NCBI GenBank assembly: GCA_964188305.1
Contig: OZ076889.1
DNA: 64,000 nucleotides
Reading direction: 5' to 3' (one strand)
Source: Podarcis bocagei
Lineage: Eukaryota
Shown: positions 25,101 to 36,767 of the stretch, in pieces
Layout: every line of letters starts with the position of its first letter
Position numbering within the stretch: the stretch's first letter is position 1
Translations under genes and position numbers: made by a program
The notes under the pieces: generated by a model
Databases searched by the model: none
What the model was told of the DNA's origin: nothing
The model's input: only the letters and a program-made list of their open reading frames with translations

Positions 25101-27353
25101 CCCTCCCCTCCCCATTAAATGTGATAGATACATGCTGTGCGCATGAGAGAGTTGACTCTGGTGCATCTGCACTATGTATCTGTGGCCCTTTGGCCATATG
25201 CTGATTGAGGGCTGTAGGGATTCAGGCTGCAAACCCTTCTCCCTTCATCCCATCTATAAGAGCTTGCAGATGGGGAAGGCAGATAGCTTTCTGCTATGAG
25301 TGCAATCTGTGATTTTTTTTCATTATCTGCAGCATGGATCTTTCCAGCCCAAGAAGCAAAGGGGTTAAGCAGCAGTGAAGTCAACAGGTAGCCAAAAGGA
25401 GCTCTCACGTTCCCTGAATGCCCCCCCCCTGAAGTATAAGAGCTTCACAGCTATTAAATGTCCTAGCATGAATAAATATGTAGCCTATACTGTTACAGTA
25501 CAAGGTCATCAATTTTTTTGTATTTACATCAACAGCACTAGTTGATATGTTTCCTCATCCAGCAAACATGCACAGGGAAAACTCTGTCCTGTCTTTTGCT
25601 TACTCTAAAATAGTTCTGATTTTGCTCCCCGTGTCTGGAAATTTCAGAAAACAGATTGACAGAAGAGATCTGTAAAGGGACGAAGGGGGTCAGAACATGG
25701 CAACCTACCACGGTTCCAGATGAGCTAGAGAATTCAACCACATATTTATAAAAATCAGCTGTCTTATTGCTAAACTTCCCTGCTTTCACCATCCTCGCAT
25801 TTCATTCATCTCATTCTCTCATTCTCATTCATTCATCTCAGCCTCTCCTTTTTCTCCCTCTTCTGGCTTGCAGGCACCTCACTTGGACTGCTGCTTCAAT
25901 TAGAGGACTTCTCCTTCCCAATAACATGCCAGAGAAAGCAAGAAGCCCCAGAGCGAGTCAGTTAAGATGGGAGATTTGCCTCTGACAGCTGACTTCCATC
26001 TTCACTTTGGGCTCTGGTTGTTCTTGGGCGTCTCCCTAAGTGACTGATTGCAATGAGCCTCAGGGCTGTGAGCAGGGTTCATATGGCTATAGCACAGAGC
26101 TGTGCTCTTCAGGACTTATCGCTGCTTTGGACCCATTCACAAATTTGTGCAATACATTCTTATGGCTTATAGTGTCACCCCTGCATGCCAGCCCTGAACT
26201 CTCCCCTTTCATTTCCCACTTCAGCCAACAGATAAACTGATGGAGCCTGAATGCAGATCAAAGGGAAACCTTTGCAAGGGGACCGTCTCAAGGGCCTTCC
26301 CCCATCCTTGGCAACCCCACATGGCTTTTCAAATCCACCCATTTCCAATGGAGCATTCTGAGTTGGACAGAGCAGGTGGGATTCAGCCTTCTCTGTTAGA
26401 TCCCTTGAGAATAGGTGCAGGGTTAAGTCCCCTGCTTTGCACAGGGACCTTCTCACTGCAATTGCTTCACCTCCAGTGACGTCATGCCAGCTGCCCCACA
26501 AAGAGCACAGTCAGTGCAATTCCAGATATTTAATACAGAGACTTATCTTGCCTTTCTCCCTCTTCTCTGCTGCTTCTACACCCCACTGCCTGAGTCACAT
26601 ACAGTGGTGTCACAGGGCGAGGCTCAAAGGCAGCACATGCACATTTCAGGAAGGCCTCTCTTTGGGTGGAAACGCTCCTAAACATGGCTGTTGACGGGAG
26701 CTGAGTGGCACCTTCATTTCAGCTGCTTTCCCCATCAAGCACCTGGGGGTTGTCGACCGCTTGGTCTCCTAAAACAGGGTGAAGAGGCTGCCCAATGGCT
26801 TTGGGATTTCCAAGATCTAGATAGCCTCCCACAGTCTCCAAATTTGCCAAAGTTTTGCAAGGATGGAGAGCTGCGCTCTGGACCCCCAGCTTGACCCATT
26901 GGGTGGCCACAGTAATGGGAATCTGCCAAGCAGGCTGCGGAGAGGGGAAAGCATGAGATCTGGGACATGCCATGCCATGTTCTTGCTTCTGCTGCGTCTT
27001 GGAGCAAGCAGGATGGGTTTTGGATGAGTGGGGATGTGGAATCCCACCTTGCCAGCTCCCAAGGCTGTTGGTTCCCTTCTTGCATTTTGGTGCCACGAAG
27101 GTTAAAAGGTTTGGGTTTAGCTCCTTTTATGTTTTAACAAGAGCTTCCTAGTGAAGAAAGACTGCGTAACTAATCTCTCCTCACTACTATGTTTCTTTAA
27201 AAATTCAGTTTTTATCTCTGTCATAGTCCCACCAAAAGAAAAAAAAAAGGAAAAAGGGAGAGCAGAGGATTCCAAAACAGGTCTGCCTGCTTACTAGAAA
27301 AATTATTTGAATTATGTCCTGAAAAAGCCTGGTAATGGTGGGAACCTCCGTTT

Positions 27354-27385
<32 letters not shown>

Positions 27386-28078
27386 GTGTTTGTAGCAAGA
27401 GTTTATATATATATATATATAGATATATAAAAAAAATATTATTGAGCCATTTTAAAAAAGTCAACTTCCCCCACCCCACTCCCACAATACCGTGGCTAAT
27501 TGGGGTTACTGCCATCTCTGGAGCTACTGTGGAGATGAATGTGACTTAATTTGCATGAAGGTGAACAAAAACCTTGGTTTCTGGGCCCACTTTGTAACAT
27601 CCGATGGAGCAGGCTGCCACCTACGGAAGCTTACGCCACCCTAATATTGTTAAGTCTCTGAAGGTGACACTGCCATTTCTGCTGCAGCGGATGAGCCGGG
27701 GCTGCTCTTCTGGTATTCATACCTGCACAGAGACTTGGGAGGAAAGTCCCACCCAGGAAAAGTAAGCAAAAGCGACAGCAGGATGCAGGAAAACCTAGTG
27801 AAGTCTGCTGGACCCTTTTGCCTGTGGCTGAGATGCTCACAAAGGTTCCCATGAGGGCGATCTGAAAAACCATGTCATTCCAAAGAAACAGAGGGCTGAG
27901 GAAAGACTGTGCTTGGGAGATCAAGGTTTTCAACACTGGACTGTGGGCTCAACAGGAGGAAAGTAACAAAGCAACGCCATTACATACTGTGGCAGGTCGG
28001 AGAACTGTACCAGAGAATATTGTTATGCCTTAAGGGATGTGGCTGCATCTTCCATCTTGTTTCCCAGTGCCAGAACGA

Positions 28079-29662
28079 TCACAGCAGCCCCACTAATTCA
28101 GCCCCTGTCTTATCCCTGCCGGATCCTCTCCCGCCTTCGCCCTGCGAGGCCCCCACAATGGGTGTGTCGGAGAAGACAGAACTGACCGAGTCCGCGTCCG
28201 ACATCTTCCGCTCTGCCTTCTGGGACCCTTTCGCCGCCTGCTTGGGGGAGCTGTTGGCTTTGCATTTGCCATTCTGTCCTTGCGCGTTGCCAGGCGCCAT
28301 GTGCCGGTTCAGCCCTTCCTTGCCCCCGCCGGTGTTGTGGTTGGGCGTGGTGCTGAGCACCGAGGAGTTGATGCTGTCCTCGCGCTGGCTGGCCTGCTTC
28401 TCGCCGTTGCGGCAGCAGCAGCGGCAGGGCGTCAGGTAAAGGTAGATGAGCACGAGGATGACGCTCAGGATGCAGCCCACCAGCGTGGTGTAGGCGGTGT
28501 TGAGGGTGTCCGGGGTCCCGTGCAAGGAGTAGTTGTGGACCGTGACGTGCACATAGAGGGTCTCGTTGAACCCCTGGCTGACCGCATAGCAGGTATAGGG
28601 ACCCATGTCCTCCACACTGATGTTTTTGATCTGAAGGCTCCCGTTGGTCAGCATGGTCATGGAGCTGTTGTCGCCCTCCTGGGGGACACGCTCGTAGCGG
28701 GGGGTCAGCCACTCTCTGATCACCACCCCTCGCTGCCTCGTGTCGCAGTTGATGATCACCTCTTCCCCGCGATGGACCTCCAGCACTTGCTCCTTGAACT
28801 CGCTGCAGTTCAAGCCCCCTGGGACAGGGTCACTGAGGCTGGAGATTTTGATGGTTTTGCGGTCTTTCTCGAGGAAGCACTTGAGCTCCTCCTTGAAGTC
28901 CGTGGCGGAGCTCAGCTGCCGCTTCTGCCAGTGGGTGAAGAGGTTGTAGAGCGGGCACTGGCAGGTGAGGGGGTTGCCGTGGACGTAGAGGCCGTTCTTC
29001 ACCCAGGCCGGGAGCTTGTTCACCTCCTCCACGGAAATATCCTTGATCTTGTTGCAAGAGAGGTCCAGCAAGGCCAGCTCCGGGAAGCCCCCCTCGTCCT
29101 TCTTCAGCAGCTCATGGGGGAAGCGGCTGATGGCGTTATGGCTCAGGTACAACTTCTGGAGCTTGGTCATCTCTTCAAAAGCCGTCCGGTCAATCTTGGA
29201 GATCTTGTTGCTGTAGAGCAGCAGCACCTCCAGCTTCACCAGGTGGCTGAAGTGGTTCTCCCCCAGCTCCTGGATGTTATTGGAAGAGAGGTCCAGGTAC
29301 TTGAGGTGAGGGACATTGGTGAAGGCCTCCGTGGAGATGAAGGAAAGGCCGTTGTGGCTGAGGAACAGGGAGTGCAGGTGGCGAAGCGGGGAAGGCGCCC
29401 ACTCAGCCCGCAGGCGCGTCAGCTGGTTGTAGCTGAAGTCCAGGGCAGCCGCGTAGGAGGGAAGGGGATGGGGGAAGACACTCAGGTTGGCCTTGGAGCA
29501 GCTGATGATGTTGCTGGCGCAGACGCATTTGCTGGGGCAGTGTGCCGCCGAGCCCCCTTTCCGGGCAAGGGCCAAGCTCAGCAGGAGCGCCAGCAGCCAA
29601 GGAGCGCCCCTGCAAGGTTGCGCCAGGCGACGTCGGGGCACCGAGGCATCCTGACCCCACAT
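28079..29662 (-). CDS. AMIGO1: Amphoterin-induced protein 1 (LRR + Ig type I membrane adhesion protein), 527 aa, intronless CDS
   Basis: Contains a signal peptide, LRRNT (CPSKCVCASNIISCSK), LRRs (LRAEW, LDLSSN, LQKLYLSHN), LRRCT (LPAWVKNGLYVHGNPLTCQC), an Ig domain (C...YTC), TM segment DTLNTAYTTLVGCILSVILVLIYLYLTPCRC and tail SVSSVFSDTPIV. These motifs are characteristic of AMIGO1, and synteny with CYB561D1 agrees. Confidence 0.96.
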   Translation of the reverse strand: MWGQDASVPRRRLAQPCRGAPWLLALLLSLALARKGGSAAHCPSKCVCASNIISCSKANLSVFPHPLPSYAAALDFSYNQLTRLRAEWAPSPLRHLHSLFLSHNGLSFISTEAFTNVPHLKYLDLSSNNIQELGENHFSHLVKLEVLLLYSNKISKIDRTAFEEMTKLQKLYLSHNAISRFPHELLKKDEGGFPELALLDLSCNKIKDISVEEVNKLPAWVKNGLYVHGNPLTCQCPLYNLFTHWQKRQLSSATDFKEELKCFLEKDRKTIKISSLSDPVPGGLNCSEFKEQVLEVHRGEEVIINCDTRQRGVVIREWLTPRYERVPQEGDNSSMTMLTNGSLQIKNISVEDMGPYTCYAVSQGFNETLYVHVTVHNYSLHGTPDTLNTAYTTLVGCILSVILVLIYLYLTPCRCCCRNGEKQASQREDSINSSVLSTTPNHNTGGGKEGLNRHMAPGNAQGQNGKCKANSSPKQAAKGSQKAERKMSDADSVSSVFSDTPIVGASQGEGGRGSGRDKTGAELVGLL

Positions 29663-31150
29663 CGTCAGGCTCAGCCAGGGAAGGTCACGTCCCTGTCACA
29701 GAGAAGCAGGCGGGCGGGAACCATCAGGGGGAGAGCAGGGTCCGACCCTGGCGGCGGCGGCTGCGAGCGCGTGCTGACCGGGACGATAGGAGGCGGCGCG
29801 CCCGCGGGGCTCATCCCCGGAGCCGCGCCTGCGGGATCCACCTGCTGCGGAAGGCGAAGGCCGAGCTGGCGGCGCCCGCTCCCTCCAGCCCTGCTGCGGA
29901 GCCGCCGAGCCCGCCTGGCGCTTTCCCGCCGGCTCCTCCCCTGCTCAGCATGTCCGCCGCGGAGCCCTGCAGGCGGCCACGCGGTGTTGCATTGCACCAA
30001 GCGCACAGCCTCCCCGAGCAGCAGCGCCAACCAACCAGCCGGCCGGCCACTCACTTGTTCGCCGGCCTACGAGCTCCTCTCGGCTGCTTCTTCCCCGGGC
30101 GCTCAGCCCATCCCGGCTCGCGGGGGCCTCTCCCGCCCGACGAGGGCGCGATCGGGTCGGAAGGCGAAGCAGCCGCTGCTCTGGACGGAACCCGCGCAGC
30201 CCCGCCGCCGCCGCCAAGTGGCGAGGAGGGGGTTGCCCAGCCGGGCGTAGTGCTGCGCTTCCCGCTGGAAGTGCCCAGGGGGGCTTTTCCCGGTGCTGGG
30301 TGGCGAGGAAGGCGGAGCCTCAGGCTTCCGGTGCGGGGAGAATCGGCAGTGAAGTGGAAAGCCCGACGAACAGGAGCACCACCTCAGCCAGGCTGCTGGA
30401 GTGCAAGGAGGGAGGGAGGCTGGCTGGCTGGCTGCGCGCGCGCGTCTGTGCGCGCGTCCAATGAGAGCCTGCGATGCTCCTCCTGTACACCAGCTCCTGG
30501 CACACTCACACCCACCCACAGCCTGTCAGCAAAGGAGGCTTGGCCCCGCGAGACACTGTTAGTGGAGAAGGTTGCTGCCCCCTGCTACACGCACACCCCC
30601 CCTCTCTACAGCAACGTGCAAGGAGCTGTGTGTTTTGGGGGGGGTGCCGGTGATGTGCACCCTAGATCTGCGAGGGGAGGCCAGTTGGAAAGGTGCCCCC
30701 TGGCTCTTCCGCCGGGTACTCCCCGCCTTCGTTGCTGGCCCCGAGGTCCGCTTGGAAACCTCTCCTTGGCTGGCGCTGGAGAGATGACGAGTGAGAGCAG
30801 CCAGCGCTCCCCTCGCCAAGGCCGCGTCTGCGCGCTAGAGGAAAGGATGCTGCTGCTGCTTCCTCCTCCAGAAAAGAAAGCCGCTGCAGAGTCGTTTGAA
30901 TCATGCGATGATATTGTTTTGAGAAACATGATATTTATTGAGAGTGGACGGCGGGGGGAAATGCAGAAATGGGGAAGCGCACCTCCAGTCCGGCTTAGAT
31001 GCTGCCTCTGGAAGCGCGAGTTCGAAGGGTTGGAGGCGAGCCACCCAACCAAGGAAGTGGGGCAGGCTTTTAACCGGCGAATTGGTGGCGAAGAACCCCC
31101 CGACAGGCGGAGATCTAGCTACTGATGCTGCAGGAGGAGCGCAGGAAGCC
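28080..31150. promoter_or_regulatory. CpG island covering the AMIGO1 CDS, non-coding first exon and promoter
   Basis: Very high GC and CpG density against a CpG-depleted background. GCGCGC runs and a CCAAT motif at ~30434-30463. Confidence 0.8.
29693..30054 (-). other. AMIGO1: Probable 5'UTR intron of AMIGO1 (362 nt)
   Basis: Minus-strand donor CAA|GTGAGT at 30054. Acceptor tgcttctctgtgacAG ends at 29693, 30 nt upstream of the ATG, with a CTGAT branch-like motif. An alternative donor CAG|GTGGAT lies near 29840. Confidence 0.65.
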
Positions 31151-31312
31151 TGCGCTGCGACAGGCTGCGTTAACGTGGAATTACTAGGGTGGAATCTACA
31201 CACACATAAAAACCGTTTTGAAAATGCTTGTTTTTAAAGCGTTTTTAAAAATACATTGAATTTTCCATAAGGCTCACTAACACCATCTAGTGTCACATTG
31301 TATATTGCACCT

Positions 31313-31474
31313 AAGGTAAAGGTAAAGGGACCCCTAAGTCCAGTCCACAAGGACTCTGGGGTTGCGGTGCTCATCTCACTTTACTGGCCGAGGGAGCCAG
31401 TGTTTGTCCGCAGACAGCTTCCCGGTCATGTGGCCAGCATGACTAAGCCATTTCTGGCGAACCAGAGCAGCGCA
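31313..31474 (-). mobile_element. Sauria SINE, 3' half
   Basis: aaggtaaaggtaaagggacccc...ggtcatgtggccagcatgactaagcc. Confidence 0.85.
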
Positions 31475-31508
31475 ATCTTGCTCCGGTTTGTGGGAAGAAT
31501 CCAAGGTA

Positions 31509-31660
31509 CAGTTATACCTTGGAAGTCAAATGCCTTGTGAGTCGAATGTTTTGGCTCCCGAACACCGCAAACCCAGAGGTGAGTGTTCCGGTTTGTGAAT
31601 GTTCTTTGGAACCCAAACGTCCAATGCAGGTTCCGATTGGCTGCAGAAGCTTCCTGCAGG
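31509..31660. mobile_element. Left part of a second Tc1/mariner-type MITE family
   Basis: Terminus TA|CAGTTATACCTTGG, with internal aacccagaggt..ttccggttt motifs. Confidence 0.5.
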
Positions 31661-33331
31661 CATCCAAGAAGCAGGCATGACACTTGAATAAAAAAAATGG
31701 GGGGGAGGTAAGCCCCACTCTGCATAATTGATCACATGACATGGTGTACGCGCACCATTTGAATGGCAATGTCCATCAACTTTGAGAGGGCCCAGCCCCT
31801 TCAAATATTTTTATGGGTCCGGGGCTGAATGGACCTTGGCCCCTAGTGGTTGCACTAGTATTCAATACAAGAGTTGCCCCAAGCAGTAAATCTGCTTTTA
31901 AGGGGGAATACTACCCCATCCAAACTGGGGGTTCACCTATTTCTAAATAATTTAAAACATACCTGGAATTTTCTTCCTAGATAACAGGCAAGCATAAGGA
32001 TGAGGTGAGAGAAAGGGTTAAGGCTGTTTTTGCAAGTGATGCTTAAAGTGGATTTGCATGCCCCACATTTACAATTCAAATCTAAACCTTAACATTGGCT
32101 GTAATTTCTTCATTTCAAGCCACAATAGAAGGCATATCTGTAGTTACATTCATCCCTTGCTGCTATCTTTGCCTTTCAGTCCTTCTGTTCTTTTTTTACA
32201 TTGTCAGATCTCAGGCTGCCAGGTCTGTGGGCTACAGACCCGTCCTTTTTCTTTACCTTTTTGCTTAAACTGCAAAGCCCTGGGCACATAACACTATATA
32301 AGCCAATAAGGGGAGCCGAGAGAGTGTGCATTCAATTTAAAATGGTGTTTGCCTACTTTTTATCCCTACTCAGCAAATCCAGGGTGTGTGTGTGTGGGGG
32401 GGGTAGTTTTGAGACCAAAAGGTGTTGCAAGGCCTGCCTCTTACTTTGTGTCTTTTCAACATACATGTACAAAATGTGTCCCTTCGGACATGCAAAACAA
32501 CAAACACAGAGCGACAACAAACACAAACACAAGTGTCATGTGTGATCCTCCTGCCTGTGGTGGAATTGCTTACAGTGGTGGCACACAGTGGTGTCGTACA
32601 GCGGTAAATGTGTGTACTCAAATGCAATGTGTAAACCATCCTTTAGCATCTCTTGAAAGCATCAGGATTTGTATAGCAGGAAGGAAGATATGTGTTATCT
32701 CACCGGGTGTTTTCACAAATAACTCTTGAGAATGCCTTTCTAGTCTGGAATGTGTCATGAAGGCTCAATATTGTTAAGAAGGTACAGAAGGGAGAAGTGA
32801 ACTATTTTAAAATGGAATGCTCTTGTCAACCAGGTGCCTTCATTTGATTTACAGATGCTGAAAATGCAAAAAACAAAACAAAAAAACTTATGCGCAGTGT
32901 GCGAAATGGCCTTCCTCTCATTACACCGAGACTTCCCATTCCAGCTCAGGAACTGACAGGTCTTCACCATAATAATTTTCGCTGCCACAGCTTCTGAACT
33001 GAATTTAATACAAGCGCTAGTAGGCAAAGAGCAGGTGCCCTATCTTGTACCACATACGAAACCTTCATCAGCATTTATTATTCATCATGCATTTGTTAAA
33101 AGTAATTTATTGGCCACCTTTCCAGTTTGCCTAGAGCAGTGTACAAGAAAAAGGAAACAATTACAAAAAAATCTGCAAAGAACAAAATAAACCACACGGA
33201 TAAAGCAAATATACCAGCCTGGTGATCTGGAGGTCAAATAGAAGTTGTTTTGCAAGCACTATAAAAGGCGAATAGAGAAGGAGAGTGACAGACTTCATGG
33301 TGGATGCTAGGCTTGGTGCCAGACTTTAGTG

Positions 33332-33580
33332 CAGGGGTCAGCAACTTTTTCAGCAGTCCACTGTCCCTCAGACCTTGTGGGGGGCCGGACTATATTTTGA
33401 GGGGAGGGAAAGGAACAAATTTATATGCCCCACAAATACCGGTAACCCAGAGATGCATTTTAAATAAAAGGACACATTCTACTCATGTAAAAACACGCTG
33501 ATTCCCGGACCATCCATGGGCTGAATTTAGAAGGCGATTGAGCCGGATCCGGCCCCCAGGCCTTAGTTTGCCTACCCATG
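33332..33580. mobile_element. hAT non-autonomous element, family B
   Basis: CAGGGGTCAGCAAC...AGTTTGCCTACCCATG, with TSD CTTTAGTG on both sides. Confidence 0.9.
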
Positions 33581-34184
33581 CTTTAGTGGCTATTGTCATG
33601 GTGTTACCTATGGGACCTTATCCAGCACCAACTTGGGGCCCTGCCTGGTACTGCTGCCCTCAGAGCCCCAGGTGGTGTGGTGCGGCTGCTGCTGCTGCTA
33701 GTCACCTCACTGTCTCCTCCCCACAGATGTGTTTTACTTCTGGGGTTTTACTATGGAAGTGGTACTGGTGCTTGACTCTGCCTATAATTGGAGGCTGCCA
33801 GAGCCTCCAGTATACAATGTCTGGTGTCAATATTGTGTGTTGTTTCTTAGAAAATCTTTTAAAAAAATAAAATCCTACACACTGTGGAAGGAGACATTTT
33901 AGGAAGCTCCTGTCATTGTCATGGGTGTGGCCAATCCTAGCTATATCTACTCAGAAGTAAATCCTACTGAATTCAGCGGGGCTTATGCCCAGGTTACTGG
34001 GATTAAGGCTGCAGCTAACATGGTCCTATCACCAGACATATGGTGGTTGGTCACTGTGAGAACAGGATACTGGACTTAGATGAGCCATTGGCCTGATCCA
34101 GCAAGCTCTCCTTATGTTCTTATGATATTGTAATAATTCCTCTCAGCATCTGTTACAAGGGTTTTTGCATGTACAGCATGTACA

Positions 34185-35468
34185 AATGCTTCGGGTTACA
34201 AATGTTTCAGATTACAGACTCCACTAACCCAGAAGTAGTACTTCAGGTTAAGAACTTTACTACATCATTTCCAGGTGAACGAGATGTTTAGAAAAGATAT
34301 CAAAGAAAGAGGTTATGCAGACAAAGATTCCAAATTTCAGACGGAGATTATAAACAATGAGGTGAAAATCATATCTAAAATGTATAGGATATTGCTAGAT
34401 TGGAATTTAGGAGATGAGGAAGTCAAATCGGTGATGATCCGTTGGGCAAAGGATGTAGGTCACAGTATACAATTTGAGGACTGGGAGAAACTTTGGAAGG
34501 ATGGGCTAAATTTCACGGCGTGCATAACGATAAAGGAAAATGTCATGAAGATGTTTTACAGGTGGTACTTAACACCTAGGAAACTATCGAAAATGTATAA
34601 GGTGGACAACAAGTGTTGGAAATGTAAAGACAAAGAGGGCTCCTTTTACCACATGTGGTGGGAGTGTGTAAAAGTGAAACAATTTTGGGAAAAAAATATA
34701 CATTGAACTAAAGAAGATCTTAAAATATACGTTCACAAAGAAATCAGAAATTTTCCTATTAGGGATACTAGGGCACGAGATAAAAAAGAAAGATTGCAGA
34801 CTAGTATACTATGCAGTTACAGCAGCAAGGGTAGTTTTAGCCCAAAAGTGGAAACAGCAGGAAATACCAACGGTGGAGGAGTGGAGATCAAAGTTGTTAG
34901 ACTACGCGGAGATGGACAAATTGACAGGAAAAGTTAGGTATTTAAGAGACCAAAAGTTCATCAAGGATTGGGGAAAATATGTAGACTATCTGGAATATAT
35001 TAGTGAGGGACAAACAACGCTAAAGGGATTCAGAGATGCACTGTGAAAGACTATGAGTTATTGTATAAAGAAAATAGGAGTGAGAGAAAGGTTAATGACA
35101 ATATAAGCCATGAAATGCGTAACTTTAATTATCACTTCGAATGATTTGTGGACAAGCTGAAGGAAGTTCTGAAAGAGATGGTTATGTAATACTGTGGATG
35201 TGAAAATCACAAATTTGTGTAATTTCTTCTTTTTTCTTTCCTTTTTCTATTGTTGCTTGATGGTGTTTTATTTTTCTTTGTCTTCTTATGGAATTAATTA
35301 ATAAAAAGAATTATGAAAAAAAAAGAACTTTACTTCAGGATGAGAACAGAAATTGCGTGGTGGCAGCGGGAGGCCCCATTAGCTAAAGTGGTACCTCAGG
35401 TTAAGAACAGTTTCAGCTTAAGAACGGACCTCCGGAACAAATTAGGTTCTTAACCAGAGGTACCACTG
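34185..35468. mobile_element. Family A MITE split by an L1 insertion
   Basis: MITE sequence stops at 34261 and resumes at 35323, ending ...ggtaccactg|TA. Confidence 0.85.
34262..35322 (+). mobile_element. 5'-truncated L1 LINE (ORF2 C-terminus with CCHC knuckle, 3'UTR, A tail)
   Basis: RWYLTPRKLSKMY...CWKCKDKEGSFYHMWWEC is followed, after a frameshift in an A run, by FLLG...TAARVVLAQKWKQQEIPTVEEW...DWGKYVDYL and a stop at 35044-35046. AATAAA at ~35300. 12-bp TSD AAGAACTTTACT. Confidence 0.92.
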
Positions 35469-36257
35469 TATAGCTTCTCCCCCTTCTAAATAGGAAAATT
35501 ATTAGCAGATTCTCAAAATCTTTGTGTTACTATCTCCAGTTGCACATTTAAATAATATATATATAAATCAATATTTCCATTATGGGAGATTGAGCAGAGG
35601 GTGGTGAGAGAACCATAGATTCCCAATCTCTGTAAAAGATGGGTATTTAAATTGCCATAGTCTAATGCCCCAGCTTGTCCTTCACACTGGGTGGTGATTA
35701 TCTTCATTCTAATCACTCCAATGGACTCCCAAAAATATTTTAATAAGGAAGCACATCTGTTGACCGATGATTCCCTGTATGAAATCCTTGCTAATCTTTG
35801 CTGTCCCTTGTAGACTTTTGCAATGGAGTGTCTGACTGAGGAATTAAACAAGCTCACACCGTCCAACAGACAGCTGGTGGTGGTGCTCTGATGACCCACT
35901 GCTGGATAAATCTGCTAAACGGATAAATGTGCATATATGTGCATGCCACCTACCGGTGCTGCTGTGCATACCATGAAATAATCTTCTTAAATGAAACACC
36001 CGGCAGAAAGATAATTGAAGTGGTTCCCCTGCACTAGAGGGCTGAAGACTGAATCGCATTAAGAGTAATTGCTAATGCCTACCTGTGTGCGCATGCTGTG
36101 TCCTGGGAATTATTGACTGGAAGTCCCAAAAATCCAGTTCACTAGTAATCATCTGAACAAGCAACGTGAGTGGTTCTTACACAATAAGCCACACTTTTAT
36201 GTGTGAACCACCCAGTAAACTTTTTATAAATAAGACATATAGAACTATTGTATGTAA

Positions 36258-36600
36258 CAGCCTCAGCCCAGTGTGCCTGAAGGAGAGTCTCCACCCCCAC
36301 TGTTCAGCCCGGACACTGAGGCCCAGTGCTGAGGGCTTTCTGGCGGTTCCCTGACTGCGAGAAGCCAAGTTACAGGGAACCAGGCAGAGGGCCTTCTCAG
36401 TAGTGGCACCTGCCCTGTGGAACGCCTTCCCACCAGATGCAAAGGAAATAAGCAACAATCTGACTTTTAGAAGACATCTGAAGGCAACTCCGTTTGGGGA
36501 AGTTTTTAATGTTTGATGTTTTATCACATTTTTTATATTCTGTTGGGAGCCGCCCAGAGTGGCTGGGGAAACCCAGCCAGATGGGTGGGGTATAAATACC
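36258..36600 (+). mobile_element. L2 LINE 3' end
   Basis: GTRQRAFSVVAPALWNAFPPDAKEI...FRRHLK, followed by the lizard L2 tail gagccgcccagagtggctgggg...tataaata. Confidence 0.85.
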
Positions 36601-36621
36601 GTAATAAATTGTTGTTGTTGT

Positions 36622-36767
36622 TAGCATTGCACAGACAGTAGGATATTAGACTCTTAATCTCAGGGTTGTGGATTCGAGTCCCATGTTGGGCAAAAGATTC
36701 CTGCATTGCACAGGGGGTTGGACTAGGTGACACTCGTGGCCCCTTCCAATTCCCTTCTATGATTCTA
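36622..36767 (+). mobile_element. tRNA-Lys-like SINE with a CR1 3' tail
   Basis: tRNA-like head agactcttaatctcagggttgtggattcgagtccca, then gggttggactagg...ccttcca...ttctatgattcta. Confidence 0.75.

Noticed and set aside
28280-30250. 656-aa + strand ORF antisense to AMIGO1
   Set aside because: Shadow ORF: the GC-rich codon usage of AMIGO1 and the CpG island suppress stops. It has no recognisable domain.
29542-31125. 527-aa + strand ORF across the CpG island
   Set aside because: Low-complexity Pro/Ala/Arg/Gly composition, as expected from GC-rich DNA. No homology recognised.
36622-36700. tRNA-like sequences here and at other SINE heads
   Set aside because: Degenerate, and fused to LINE-derived tails; these are SINEs, not functional tRNA genes.
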